Shown here one piece after another: positions 9,272 to 19,017 of a stretch of DNA of 64,000 bases. A program made the translations under genes and the position numbers. The notes below the pieces were generated by a model. That model made no database searches. It saw only the letters and a list, made by a program, of their open reading frames with translations, and was not told the DNA's origin. The stretch is from Parcubacteria group bacterium Gr01-1014_8 (GTDB lineage Bacteria > Patescibacteriota > Minisyncoccia > Phycocordibacterales > UBA2100): positions 136,372 through 200,371 of the forward strand of contig VMGC01000002.1 of the NCBI GenBank assembly GCA_007376385.1. The letters run 5' to 3'. Numbering within the stretch: the first letter of the stretch is position 1; every line of letters starts with the position of its first letter.

Positions 9272-9630
9272 ATTCACTTTTCATTCAGGTTGGTGTTGCT
9301 GTCGTTTTCATCGGGCTCCTCGTTGGACTTACCGATCCTTTTATGTACTGGATGCCCGATATGGCGGCATTAGTGGTACTCGTCGTCGCAGCTGCTCTTT
9401 CGGCGACGTGGGTAGGATTTGTTGCTCTTGAACAGAGGGGAGACGAACGTGAGGCGGGTCACCGACAATTTGCAGGACGTGCGGCGTACCTCTCAGGTAT
9501 CGCGATACTAACGATCGCGTTGGTTGTTCAAGGCTTAGCGCACGTTATTGACTCCTGGATTTCGATGGCACTTGGTGCAATGGTTGTTGTGAAGCTTGTA
9601 GCTCGCTGGTTTGCGGATCGTTTTTACTAA
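9268..9630 (+). CDS. Membrane protein co-transcribed with the XRE regulator (ATGA overlap), 3-4 TM
   Basis: Hydrophobic helices; start overlaps the HTH gene stop. Confidence 0.55.
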   Translation: MNSLFIQVGVAVVFIGLLVGLTDPFMYWMPDMAALVVLVVAAALSATWVGFVALEQRGDEREAGHRQFAGRAAYLSGIAILTIALVVQGLAHVIDSWISMALGAMVVVKLVARWFADRFY

Positions 9631-9738
9631 ATTGGACACCGCGGCTATCCACATGTGCAATGTTAAGTGCACTTTACATATCACGATTTGTATATACACT
9701 ATTCGTAATTAATCGAAATTCAGAAATAACGTAACGTT

Positions 9739-10308
9739 ATGCAATACGGAATTATTGGTCTCATTGTGCTGGCAGTTCTTGGGGGAGGTTTCTATGTTTT
9801 TCTAGGCTCATCGCAGGATACGGCAATGGTGGAGAAAGAAAAGATGGAGAAGGATGCAATGATGCAGCAAGAGGTAATGGAAATGGAAAAGAAAGCTACG
9901 ATGGAAAAGGAAGCAATGGAAAAAGAAGTAATGATGAAGGAAGAGGCGATGAAAAAAGATGACTCGATGATGGAGAAAGGTGATGCAATGATGGCGCACG
10001 GAGGCACCTATGAGGCGTATGCTCCTGAAAAGATCTCATGGGCAAAAGATGGTGACGTTGTTCTATTTTTCCGCGCATCGTGGTGCCCAACCTGCAGGGC
10101 AGTTGATGCGGACATTCGCTCGCATCTCTCCTCAATACCTAAGGATCTAACCATTCTCGACGTGAATTACGATAACTCGTCAGCACTGAAACAAAAATAC
10201 GGCGTGACCTACCAGCACACCTTTGTGCAAGTGGATGCTTCGGGAAATCAGATCACGAAATGGAGTGGAAGCCCAACTCTTGCGGCACTTGTTTCTAATG
10301 TAAAATAG
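9739..10308 (+). CDS. Membrane-anchored thioredoxin-like protein with a Met/Glu/Lys-rich low-complexity linker
   Basis: N-terminal TM; approximately 60-aa M/E/K-rich segment (MEKEAMEKEVMMKEEAMKKDDSMMEKGDAMM); thioredoxin fold WCPTC active site. Confidence 0.75.
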   Translation: MQYGIIGLIVLAVLGGGFYVFLGSSQDTAMVEKEKMEKDAMMQQEVMEMEKKATMEKEAMEKEVMMKEEAMKKDDSMMEKGDAMMAHGGTYEAYAPEKISWAKDGDVVLFFRASWCPTCRAVDADIRSHLSSIPKDLTILDVNYDNSSALKQKYGVTYQHTFVQVDASGNQITKWSGSPTLAALVSNVK

Positions 10309-10312
10309 AAAC

Positions 10313-12079
10313 ATGGTTTTGCTCATCCTCTCGTTCGTAGCAGGTGTACTAACAGTACTTGCACCTTGTATACTTCCGCTTCTGCCCGTCATCATTGGCG
10401 GCTCACTTGATCCGATGCGACACGTGCGTTTAAAGCATGCCACAACGGTTGTGCTTTCGCTCGGTGTTTCCGTTATTGTCTTTACGTTTCTTTTGAAAGT
10501 GAGCACTGCTCTTATATCTGTCCCGCCGCAGGTTTGGACGTATCTTTCGGGAGGCATTGTCTTTTTTTTCGGATTGACCTTACTTTTTCCCGGACTCTGG
10601 GAACATGTGCCGTTCATCGCAAAACTTAGCAGCCGTTCGAACCGGCTGGTTTCGACTGGCTATCAGAGGAAGAGTTTTTGGGGAGACATTTTGATAGGCG
10701 CAGCACTCGGACCGGTATTTGCGACGTGTTCTCCCACATATTTCATAGTTCTCGCGACAGTATTGCCGCAAAGTCCTGTCCTCGGCTTTGTGTATGTATT
10801 GGCGTACGTTCTCGGACTTTGTCTGATGTTGCTTCTTATCGGTATCGTCGGCCAGCGTCTTGCGGATAGCCTCGGATTTGCTTCTGATCCGCACGGAAGT
10901 TTCAAGCGCATACTTGGCGTCATATTCATGATAGTCGGGCTCGTGATCATTATGGGCTTCGATAAGAAATTTCAGATCAAGCTATTGGAGTGGGGTATAT
11001 TCGATATTACCAAAGTGGAGCAGCGGCTGTTGCAACTCACTGATCCGAATGCAAAAGGACTTGTTCCGAGCCAATCCATTGCCATTTTGGATGAAGAAAT
11101 GCGCATCGCGCAGAAAGAGAGGCTGTACGAACGAGCGCCAGAAATTCAAAATCCCGCTGGCTATGTGAACACTGGCGGCAGACCTGTCACCATCGGTGAA
11201 TTCCGCGGGAAAAAAGTCGTGCTTCTCGACATTTGGACCTACAGCTGCATAAATTGCCAGAGAACCATTCCCTACCTTAAGGCATGGCACGAGACGTACA
11301 ATGATCAAGGATTACAGATAATCGGTATACATACGCCGGAATTTGCGTTCGAGAAGGACGCAAAGAATGTCGAATGGGCAGTTCGGCAATTCGGGATCAC
11401 GTATCCAAGTGTTCTGGATAACGATTATGAGACGTGGAAAGCACTCGGTAATAATTACTGGCCGCGAAAATATCTCGTGGACATCGATGGGTTCATTGTA
11501 TACGACCATATTGGTGAGGGAAATTACGAGGAAACTGAAGCAGCGATCCAGAGGGCTCTGCAGGAGAGGGCGATGGTGGTGGGTAGTGAAATGCCTGGTA
11601 AAAAGATCGTCGCGGAAGAGATCCCTCAAGCTGATCTATCGGGAGTGCGTTCGCCGGAAACGTATTTTGGAGCTTTGCGAAACGAGAGTTTAGCCAATGG
11701 TGATCCGCAGACCATCGGTGTTGAAACGTATATACTGCCAGAAAATATCATAGGAAATGCGCTCTATCTGGAAGGGATATGGGATTTGACCCCGGAATAC
11801 GCGGGATCGAAGGGAAGGACAAAGATAGTCTACAAATATAATTCGCGGGATGTATACCTTGTGGCGAGTAGCGACAAAGGAGTGAAAATAACTGTCCTTC
11901 GAGATGGGAAGCCCGTTGGCGAATTTGCGGGTGCAGATATTGACCAGACAACAAGCACCGGGACGATCAAAGAAAACAAGCTGTACAAATTGGTGCATGA
12001 CGATGAGCCAGGACAACATCTACTTGAAATAGTCATAGAAGGCGAGGGGGTAAAGGCGTACGCGTTCACATTCGGTTGA
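10313..12079 (+). CDS. CcdA/DsbD-type membrane thiol-disulfide transporter fused to a TlpA-like thioredoxin domain and a C-terminal domain (DipZ-like)
   Basis: LAPCILPLLP CcdA motif with multi-TM N-terminal half; redoxin domain with the CINC active site (DIWTYSCINCQRTIPYL); approximately 170-aa C-terminal extension. Confidence 0.8.
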   Translation: MVLLILSFVAGVLTVLAPCILPLLPVIIGGSLDPMRHVRLKHATTVVLSLGVSVIVFTFLLKVSTALISVPPQVWTYLSGGIVFFFGLTLLFPGLWEHVPFIAKLSSRSNRLVSTGYQRKSFWGDILIGAALGPVFATCSPTYFIVLATVLPQSPVLGFVYVLAYVLGLCLMLLLIGIVGQRLADSLGFASDPHGSFKRILGVIFMIVGLVIIMGFDKKFQIKLLEWGIFDITKVEQRLLQLTDPNAKGLVPSQSIAILDEEMRIAQKERLYERAPEIQNPAGYVNTGGRPVTIGEFRGKKVVLLDIWTYSCINCQRTIPYLKAWHETYNDQGLQIIGIHTPEFAFEKDAKNVEWAVRQFGITYPSVLDNDYETWKALGNNYWPRKYLVDIDGFIVYDHIGEGNYEETEAAIQRALQERAMVVGSEMPGKKIVAEEIPQADLSGVRSPETYFGALRNESLANGDPQTIGVETYILPENIIGNALYLEGIWDLTPEYAGSKGRTKIVYKYNSRDVYLVASSDKGVKITVLRDGKPVGEFAGADIDQTTSTGTIKENKLYKLVHDDEPGQHLLEIVIEGEGVKAYAFTFG

Positions 12080-12137
12080 AAAAGTCTGCAGCGCGATCGA
12101 AAAAGTGTCTAGTTGAATATTGCTATAATGAGTTCAC

Positions 12138-14093
12138 ATGGAATCCGCACGAGCCGAGAAAATACAAAAATCACAAGATGCCGATCTGTCAACTCAACCT
12201 GCAGCGGAACCTAAGTCAGTCGGAGATGATCAATCTGGCATAGATACGGCTCGAAATGAGGAGGAAAGGAATCGTGAAGAACGAGTTCAGCGAGCCGAGA
12301 CAATGTCCAAGATGTTGGATGTGTACGTGGCGAACAGAACTCCATCGTTAGTAGAGGAGGCCCTTAAAGGGATGCCAGAAACAGAGGTCGCTGTAAGAGA
12401 GGCGCGTGCGCAAGAAGTCAAAGAGCAGTCCGAAAGAATAAAGCAATTTTTCGTCAGTGTTGACGCTGGGAAAAGAGAGGAAACGCCGCTAACAAGAATG
12501 GCTCAAATTTATGAGTATCTTGATGCTCCGGAAAATCCTAGCGAACAAGCTGAATTTGAGACTGCGATGTCAGCTCATATGCAAGAATTAGTGGAACGTG
12601 CGTTTGATCAGCACCTAGACAACCCTGAGCAGTATGTGTCTCATGGATTCGATCATTCCCTCAACGTTGCCGATTATGCCAAAAATATAATTGATTTGAA
12701 TGATGTAATTGTCGACCAGACCGCCCAGAAATACGGCATAAGTGCGAAGGAGGCAAAATTTATGCTGGAAAATGTTGCACTTTTTCACGACTGCGGCTAC
12801 CCTCATGTTGGCGCAAAGGCAAAAGCTGTGCACGGCATTGCCGGTGCAGATCTTATCTCGACCCCGAAAATGCAGGGAATATTTCGGAATCTCATTAGGA
12901 CCCCGGAGGCTAATTTGGACCTGCTTAGCCACGATCTGAGGGATTCAATACTTTTCCATTCAGCGGATAAAGTTGAGAATCAATTTTCAGCAAAAATACG
13001 GACTACACGCGGGACCTTTTTGTCGGAAGGTAGGGACGTGTATACGGTCATATCAACTTTTAATGATCCCTCGGAGAATCCGGTTGGAGTTGCGCGAGAT
13101 ATTTTGGAGATTGAGGTTGCTGATGAAGAAACAAAATTGGACATCGAAGCGCAACTTGCATTGGCGGCCGCTGATACAGCAAGAAAAACAGGTCTGCCAC
13201 CCGAATCAATTCCGGTTACTGTAGGAGGCTCCCGATTTAAGGGCAGATACACAGATCTTGCGAGGGCGAAGGATAATCGTTTGGGTTTGGAGTACTCAGA
13301 AATCGATGCTTTGCAGACACCATTGCATGCGATCATTCGATTGGCAGACAATATGGACATGCGCCGCAATCGATTTTCTGCTGTACAGAGGGAGCCAGCG
13401 TTTCGTGCAACCTATCAAGCGTTTAGCGATGGGGGACAGACGAGCAGAGCCCTTGTAACTTTAGAGGCCGAAAGTAAATTATTCAAAGGTCGCTTGGCAA
13501 GTGCGGGTTCAGAGACAGAAAAAGCTCAGCTTCTGGCAGACTCACCGCAGCTCGTTCAGTCGCAGTTTCAAGCGCTACTGGCGGAAAATCAAAACCTTGT
13601 AACAGTCACAACGGAAGAAATAGCGTCGTTGCAGCAACCTTCAGACGCGGAGAAACTTTGGAGAAAAGGCATAGCGGAACGGATCATCAACAGCGAAGAT
13701 CAGGTGTTATCGCCGGAGAATAAAAGAAAAATAATGAGCATGGCTCTTGCGCAAGATTCACAGGGAATGCGGCATTTTGGCGGTTGCGAAGCGGTAACAG
13801 ATGTCCGAATGGAACGTTTCGGTGAGCGCGGAGCTGAAGTTTCAATTGTCGTTGTTACAGCAGATAGGGGGCAATTTGAACAGCTCAATCGCACGCGTGT
13901 TCAGGATTCAAGCCTCGATAAAGAGGGGAACGTCAGCACTGTCGAGCTTGGCATAGGTGAGTATCAAATTTGGCGCGCGCGTGAGGCTTACAAAAGTATC
14001 TCGGTTGGTGGGAAAAAGATCGGCATAAGGGTTCAGGACGAGAATGGCTTGGAACTCCAAACGACTTTTGAACAATTTAGAGAGGAGAAATAG
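12138..14093 (+). CDS. Large HD-domain (metal-dependent phosphohydrolase) protein with a charged N-terminal region and a long uncharacterised C-terminal region
   Basis: H...HD pattern: HSLNVADYA...LFHDCGYPH; TATAAT lies 8 nt before the start (leaderless-like). Confidence 0.55.
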   Translation: MESARAEKIQKSQDADLSTQPAAEPKSVGDDQSGIDTARNEEERNREERVQRAETMSKMLDVYVANRTPSLVEEALKGMPETEVAVREARAQEVKEQSERIKQFFVSVDAGKREETPLTRMAQIYEYLDAPENPSEQAEFETAMSAHMQELVERAFDQHLDNPEQYVSHGFDHSLNVADYAKNIIDLNDVIVDQTAQKYGISAKEAKFMLENVALFHDCGYPHVGAKAKAVHGIAGADLISTPKMQGIFRNLIRTPEANLDLLSHDLRDSILFHSADKVENQFSAKIRTTRGTFLSEGRDVYTVISTFNDPSENPVGVARDILEIEVADEETKLDIEAQLALAAADTARKTGLPPESIPVTVGGSRFKGRYTDLARAKDNRLGLEYSEIDALQTPLHAIIRLADNMDMRRNRFSAVQREPAFRATYQAFSDGGQTSRALVTLEAESKLFKGRLASAGSETEKAQLLADSPQLVQSQFQALLAENQNLVTVTTEEIASLQQPSDAEKLWRKGIAERIINSEDQVLSPENKRKIMSMALAQDSQGMRHFGGCEAVTDVRMERFGERGAEVSIVVVTADRGQFEQLNRTRVQDSSLDKEGNVSTVELGIGEYQIWRAREAYKSISVGGKKIGIRVQDENGLELQTTFEQFREEK

Positions 14094-14108
14094 CGTACGC
14101 ATAAAAGC

Positions 14109-14813
14109 ATGACCAACGAAGCAGATCAAAGTGGAAAGCATCACATGTCGGAGACGCCTGATTCTGTGCGTTGGAAACAAAGTCTCGCAGGCAAATTGTG
14201 TTCACGATTGGAAAAAATTGCAAAAGACACAGGTAAAACATTCCGAATGCTCGGGGCAGGGTCATCTGTCGAGGTGTTTGAGTTTGGCGGGGAACGAGCG
14301 GAGTTAGTAAAGCACATGGAGAACAGTACTGTTGGGGACGTAGGCGGTTCTATACGAAATTACGTAGAATCGTGGGACTACAAACGATTGCCTTGGTGGC
14401 GAGACGCACTCATGAGTGAACAGGCACCGTATGAGTTACTCGACATTCCCGTATCTCGCGCGGCGAGAGATGCCGGGGTTGAGAGGTGGCGAGAGCTTTT
14501 TATTCCCGCACAAGTTGTCAATACCTTTGATCTTGTTACGCCTGACAATTGGAGAGAAGTGGAGGCAATGAAGGAATGGGTTCGATCTTCGATTACGAAC
14601 ATTCTAGGTCGTATCGTTCGTCCTGATTACTCCGTCACATTCTTTGAGAACTCTTTGAGACTCGCGCCTCTCACAGAGGGGGCAATTCTAAGTAAAACAG
14701 TCGATAATGAAACATATAGCAGTTTGCTAAAAAAGATCGAGATCATCGCACCCGCGTTCGAACTGGAATATGCGCGTAAACGTGACAAGCGAAGCAAAAC
14801 ATCTACATCTTGA
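14109..14813 (+). CDS. Hypothetical protein (no recognisable domain), probably co-transcribed with the HD-domain gene
   Basis: ORF 15 nt downstream of the HD gene; consistent coding appearance. Confidence 0.45.
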   Translation: MTNEADQSGKHHMSETPDSVRWKQSLAGKLCSRLEKIAKDTGKTFRMLGAGSSVEVFEFGGERAELVKHMENSTVGDVGGSIRNYVESWDYKRLPWWRDALMSEQAPYELLDIPVSRAARDAGVERWRELFIPAQVVNTFDLVTPDNWREVEAMKEWVRSSITNILGRIVRPDYSVTFFENSLRLAPLTEGAILSKTVDNETYSSLLKKIEIIAPAFELEYARKRDKRSKTSTS

Positions 14814-14967
14814 ATGGCAAAAGATCCTACGTTCTGTCCGAGTTTGCCGTTGCGTAAAAAAAGTCGGCGTGTTAGCTTGGTGCAATGACGCACATAACAG
14901 TCTCAGCACGCCGTCGCGCTGCTTCTACCTTGAGGCTGTTTGTCAGCGCTTAAACCTTAAACACTGA

Positions 14968-15004
14968 CACGCGGCCTTAAGGAAAAGGTCGCGTGTTTTT
15001 TAAT
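14968..15004 (+). terminator. Rho-independent terminator (ACACGCGGCC...GGTCGCGTGT followed by a T-run)
   Basis: 10-bp stem with one mismatch followed by TTTTTTAATTT. Confidence 0.6.
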
Positions 15005-15032
15005 TTAATTAATAATTTTTACAATAATTGCC

Positions 15033-16304
15033 ATGAAAACAGATAATACGTATAAAAAGATCTCATCATATGAGATAGAGCCTGGCGACGTTGATACCGT
15101 GCTTCTCCTCTATTCAGGGGGACTTGATACGTCGGTGATGTTGAAATGGATACAAGACCACTACAAAGCAGATCTTGTGACTCTTACCCTGGATATCGGC
15201 CAGCAAAAGGACGATCTTGAAGCGATACGAAAGAAAGCACTGCGCCTGGGCGCAAAAAAGGCGATTGTTCTCGATGCGAAAAAAGAATTTGCAGATGAAT
15301 TTATCGCTAAAGGGATCAAGGCGAATGCGTCGTATCAGGGCGAGTATCATCTTTCAACTCCTATCGGCAGAGCCGTAACCGCAAAAAAGGGTGTGGAAGT
15401 CGCAAAGAAATTGGGGATTACGTGCATTGCGCATGGGTGCACCGGAAAAGGCAACGATCAAGTCCGGTTTGAAGGATACATCTTAGCCCACGACCCGAAT
15501 ATGAAGGTCATTGCACCGGTCAGAGAGTGGAACATGGATAGGAACGAGGAGATAGAATACGCGCGAAAAAATAATATCCCTGTCCCGGCCAAAAAAGATT
15601 TTCCTTACTCCGTGGATGACAACATGTGGGGCATGACATGGGAAGGCGGAGAAGTCGAAGATCCTGCATCAGTGCCGAAAGTCGAGAAATTCCTTACCAC
15701 GTACACATTGCCTGAAAAGGCGCCAAGCACTCCGGAAAAGATAACGCTTGCCTTCAAGAATGGTTTGCCGACAAAACTGAACGGCAAGGCCATGCGCTTG
15801 TCAGACCTCATCATTAAACTCAATTCCATCGGAGGCAGGCACGGTGTCGGAATTGCGTACATGATCGAGGACAGAATGGTCGGCGTGAAAGACAGGGGCG
15901 TCTATGAGCAGCCGGGCGGGCACCTGATTATCGAGGCCCACAAAGCACTTGAAAGGTACGTATCAACACGCGACTTGAACGAACTCAAGTCGTCGCTCGA
16001 CATCAAGTGGGGGTACCTTTGCTATGGCGCAAAATGGTATGACCCTTCCATGGATGCTATCAACGCGTTCAATGATTCGGTGAATGAAAAAGTTGAAGGC
16101 ACAGTGACCTTAAAGTTACATAAGGGTTCCGTAACCGTTATCGCACTCACCTCGCCGTTCGGTCTAAAACACGCGTCGTTCAACAACACAGAAGGGTACA
16201 ACTTCAATGTGAATGCGAGTGCAGGCTTCACGGAAATATATACATTGCAAATGAAGATCGCTAATGACTTGGCAAGAAAACATGCAAGTAAGAAAAAGAA
16301 GTAG
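15033..16304 (+). CDS. argG: Argininosuccinate synthase
   Basis: LLYSGGLDTSVML PP-loop ATPase motif and ArgG-typical downstream blocks. Confidence 0.9.
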   Translation: MKTDNTYKKISSYEIEPGDVDTVLLLYSGGLDTSVMLKWIQDHYKADLVTLTLDIGQQKDDLEAIRKKALRLGAKKAIVLDAKKEFADEFIAKGIKANASYQGEYHLSTPIGRAVTAKKGVEVAKKLGITCIAHGCTGKGNDQVRFEGYILAHDPNMKVIAPVREWNMDRNEEIEYARKNNIPVPAKKDFPYSVDDNMWGMTWEGGEVEDPASVPKVEKFLTTYTLPEKAPSTPEKITLAFKNGLPTKLNGKAMRLSDLIIKLNSIGGRHGVGIAYMIEDRMVGVKDRGVYEQPGGHLIIEAHKALERYVSTRDLNELKSSLDIKWGYLCYGAKWYDPSMDAINAFNDSVNEKVEGTVTLKLHKGSVTVIALTSPFGLKHASFNNTEGYNFNVNASAGFTEIYTLQMKIANDLARKHASKKKK

Positions 16305-16306
16305 GT

Positions 16307-17596
16307 ATGGCAAAGTTATGGCAAAAATCCGGTAAAAAACTGCATCCACTTGTAGAGAAATATACTGTCGCAACCGACGATGTATTCGATGTGCTGTTGA
16401 TGCCGTTCGATATCACGGTGTGCAAGACGCATGCAAAAGGATTGAAACAGATAGGCATTTTGACAGCGAGGGAGCTTAAAAGTCTGCTTGATGCACTCGC
16501 TCAACTCGAGCAAGATTGCAAAGAAGGCGCAGTGCGGATCACGAAAGCGGACGAAGACAGCCATACAGTCATTGAGAATTATCTTGTGAAGAAGCTCGGC
16601 GCCGTGGGGAAGAAGATCCATACAGGACGGAGCCGGAACGAAGTTATTGTCGCAATGCGGTTGTATATGAAGGATGCGCTTGGTCAGTCGAGAAAGCAGT
16701 GTCTCCATCTTGCAAGGGAATTTCTTGACATGGCGGATGAACACAAAAACATTCCTATGGCAGGATATTCGCACACGCAGCAGGCGATGCTTTCAAGTAT
16801 CGGTCATTATTTTTCCGCTTTTGCGGAAAGTATGTTGGATGATTCAGACGTGCTTCATCTCGCGAAAATGCACCTCGATAAAAGTCCGCTTGGTTCGGCT
16901 GCCGGATTCGGTGTTTCTTTGCCGCTTGATCGCGTCTATACGGCAAAAGAGCTAGGCTTTGGCAGTATCCAGATAAATTCACTGTATTGCCAAAACTCGC
17001 GCGGCAAGTTCGAGAGCCTGTACATGGAAGCTCTGGCGCAGGTCATGCTTACATTGGGAAGATTTGCAAACGATATGCTGCTCTTTACCTCGCAGGAATT
17101 CGATTTTTTCTTGATAGATGACTCGCTTGTGACAGGCTCAAGCATCATGCCGCATAAGCGAAATCTAGATGCCATGGAAATACTGCGAGGAAATGTGAGC
17201 GTGGTCATTGCAAATCAGCTCATGGTAAAAGATATCGCAAAAAACTTGCTATCCGGATACAACCGGGACGGACAGCTCATGAAAAAACCGATCTTTGAGT
17301 CAACACAGATAGTCTTGGACTCACTAAAGATCGTAGAGCTCATATTGAAGGGGCTTACCCCAAAGACGGATCGTATCATCGCCAATATCCGCATGGGTAT
17401 CTTTACCGCGGATATTGCGAATGACCTGGTTTCAAAAAAGGGTGTCCCATTTCGAGACGCGTATAGACAAGCTGCAGATACAGATGTCGGAAACATAAAC
17501 CTCATGGCGAACATCGCCTCAAAAAAGAGCCTAGGTGCTCCAGGCAATCTTGGATTGAAACTGCTTCGAAAGCGAGTTAGTAAGTTATCGATATGA
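16307..17596 (+). CDS. argH: Argininosuccinate lyase
   Basis: Fumarate-lyase signature TGSSIMPHKRN. Confidence 0.9.
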   Translation: MAKLWQKSGKKLHPLVEKYTVATDDVFDVLLMPFDITVCKTHAKGLKQIGILTARELKSLLDALAQLEQDCKEGAVRITKADEDSHTVIENYLVKKLGAVGKKIHTGRSRNEVIVAMRLYMKDALGQSRKQCLHLAREFLDMADEHKNIPMAGYSHTQQAMLSSIGHYFSAFAESMLDDSDVLHLAKMHLDKSPLGSAAGFGVSLPLDRVYTAKELGFGSIQINSLYCQNSRGKFESLYMEALAQVMLTLGRFANDMLLFTSQEFDFFLIDDSLVTGSSIMPHKRNLDAMEILRGNVSVVIANQLMVKDIAKNLLSGYNRDGQLMKKPIFESTQIVLDSLKIVELILKGLTPKTDRIIANIRMGIFTADIANDLVSKKGVPFRDAYRQAADTDVGNINLMANIASKKSLGAPGNLGLKLLRKRVSKLSI

Positions 17597-18519
17597 AGCA
17601 CGTACTTTCAATTGCAGATCTAACATCCAAGGAAATTACAGAAATACTGAACCTCGCAAAGAAATTGAAGTCAGAGTTGAAGAAAAAGGGAGCAAATTCA
17701 CCTCTGTTCAAGAATAAAACACTGGTCATGATCTTCGAGAAGCCAAGTCTTCGTACACGGCTTTCGTTCGAGATAGGTATGACACAGCTGGGCGGGCATG
17801 CTGTCTATCTGGCTCCGAGCGATATCGGGCTAGGAAAACGCGAATCGATCGCCGATGCGTCGAAAGTCATATCTCGGATGGGTGACATCATCATGGCGCG
17901 TGTATTTTCGCATGAGAACGTGAGGGAAATGGCCGCGCACTCCTCTGTGCCTGTGATAAACGCACTGTCTGACCTTGAACATCCATGCCAATCTCTCGCG
18001 GACGTAATGACGATGTGGGAACACAAGCGTTACCTCAAGGGGCTGAAAGTCGCATTCATCGGGGATGGTGAGAACAACGTCACGCACTCGCTGGCGCTCA
18101 TCTCGGGGCTTCTTGGGATGCATTTTGTAACCGCATCGCCCAAAGGGTATTGGATGAACAAGGGCATCGTTGCTCAGGCAAAAAAGTTTGCAGCAAAAAG
18201 TGGAGGTTCTATTTCTGAAACCACCAAGCCTGAAGTCGCAGCCAAAAATGCAGATGTGGTCTACACGGATACATGGGTGAGCATGGGAGACGAGGCAGGA
18301 AAGGAACAAAGACTTAAGATCTTTCGCCCATATCGAGTGACTAAAAGGCTTATGAGTCTGGCAAAGAAGGATGCCCTCTTTATGCACGACCTCCCCGCGT
18401 ACCGTGACAATGAAGTTGAGGCGGACGTTATCGATGGTCCGAAGTCAGTTGTGTTCCAACAAGCGGAAAATAGGTTGCACGTCCAAAAGGCTATACTAGT
18501 GCGTTCATTGCAGAAATGA
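17593..18519 (+). CDS. argF: Ornithine carbamoyltransferase
   Basis: SLRTRLSFE, HPCQSLAD, DTWVSMG, FMHDLP motifs; overlaps the argH stop (ATGA). Confidence 0.9.
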   Translation: MKHVLSIADLTSKEITEILNLAKKLKSELKKKGANSPLFKNKTLVMIFEKPSLRTRLSFEIGMTQLGGHAVYLAPSDIGLGKRESIADASKVISRMGDIIMARVFSHENVREMAAHSSVPVINALSDLEHPCQSLADVMTMWEHKRYLKGLKVAFIGDGENNVTHSLALISGLLGMHFVTASPKGYWMNKGIVAQAKKFAAKSGGSISETTKPEVAAKNADVVYTDTWVSMGDEAGKEQRLKIFRPYRVTKRLMSLAKKDALFMHDLPAYRDNEVEADVIDGPKSVVFQQAENRLHVQKAILVRSLQK

Positions 18520-18554
18520 CGCTTTGTCGTAATGCGCGATGATAGAATATCGGT

Positions 18555-18977
18555 ATGTCGAGCCAAGAAAAATCGCTTCGCGTTCAAAATATAGAGATCA
18601 GAAAAGAGTGGCTAGAAGATCCAAAAAATCTTGCTACCCTACTGCAACGATGGCACAAAAAAGCGCTATCGGATGGCAATGAGGAGATGAAACGAGAACT
18701 TGAGCAAATACTCACAGTTATAAATGACATGAAAAATCCCAGTTCGCACAACTACCCCATGTTTAGGCGATGGGAAGGCTGGGTGGGCGGGAAGCTTGGC
18801 ATAGATGCTGATCCTGCAAGTCCGGCTGCTTTCATCGCAGCGGTGAAAGCGGCTGATGGCCGCCAACCCAACGCTTGGTCGTATATACCTGGTTTTGTTA
18901 CTTCCACTCGAACTCTTTTGCAATCTATTTTCGAGCAAGAAGGCCTTCTCAACGCAAAGATTGATCTTAGAAAGTGA
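18555..18977 (+). CDS. Hypothetical protein
   Basis: 140-aa ORF with no recognisable motif. Confidence 0.45.
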   Translation: MSSQEKSLRVQNIEIRKEWLEDPKNLATLLQRWHKKALSDGNEEMKRELEQILTVINDMKNPSSHNYPMFRRWEGWVGGKLGIDADPASPAAFIAAVKAADGRQPNAWSYIPGFVTSTRTLLQSIFEQEGLLNAKIDLRK

Positions 18978-19017
18978 GTATTTGGAATGATCGAATGAGA
19001 GCCTCTCGACAAAAAAG

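Noticed and set aside
14990-15032. ARG box (ArgR operator) upstream of argG
   Set aside because: AT-rich, but no clear pair of TNTGAAT-like 18-bp half-sites could be aligned.
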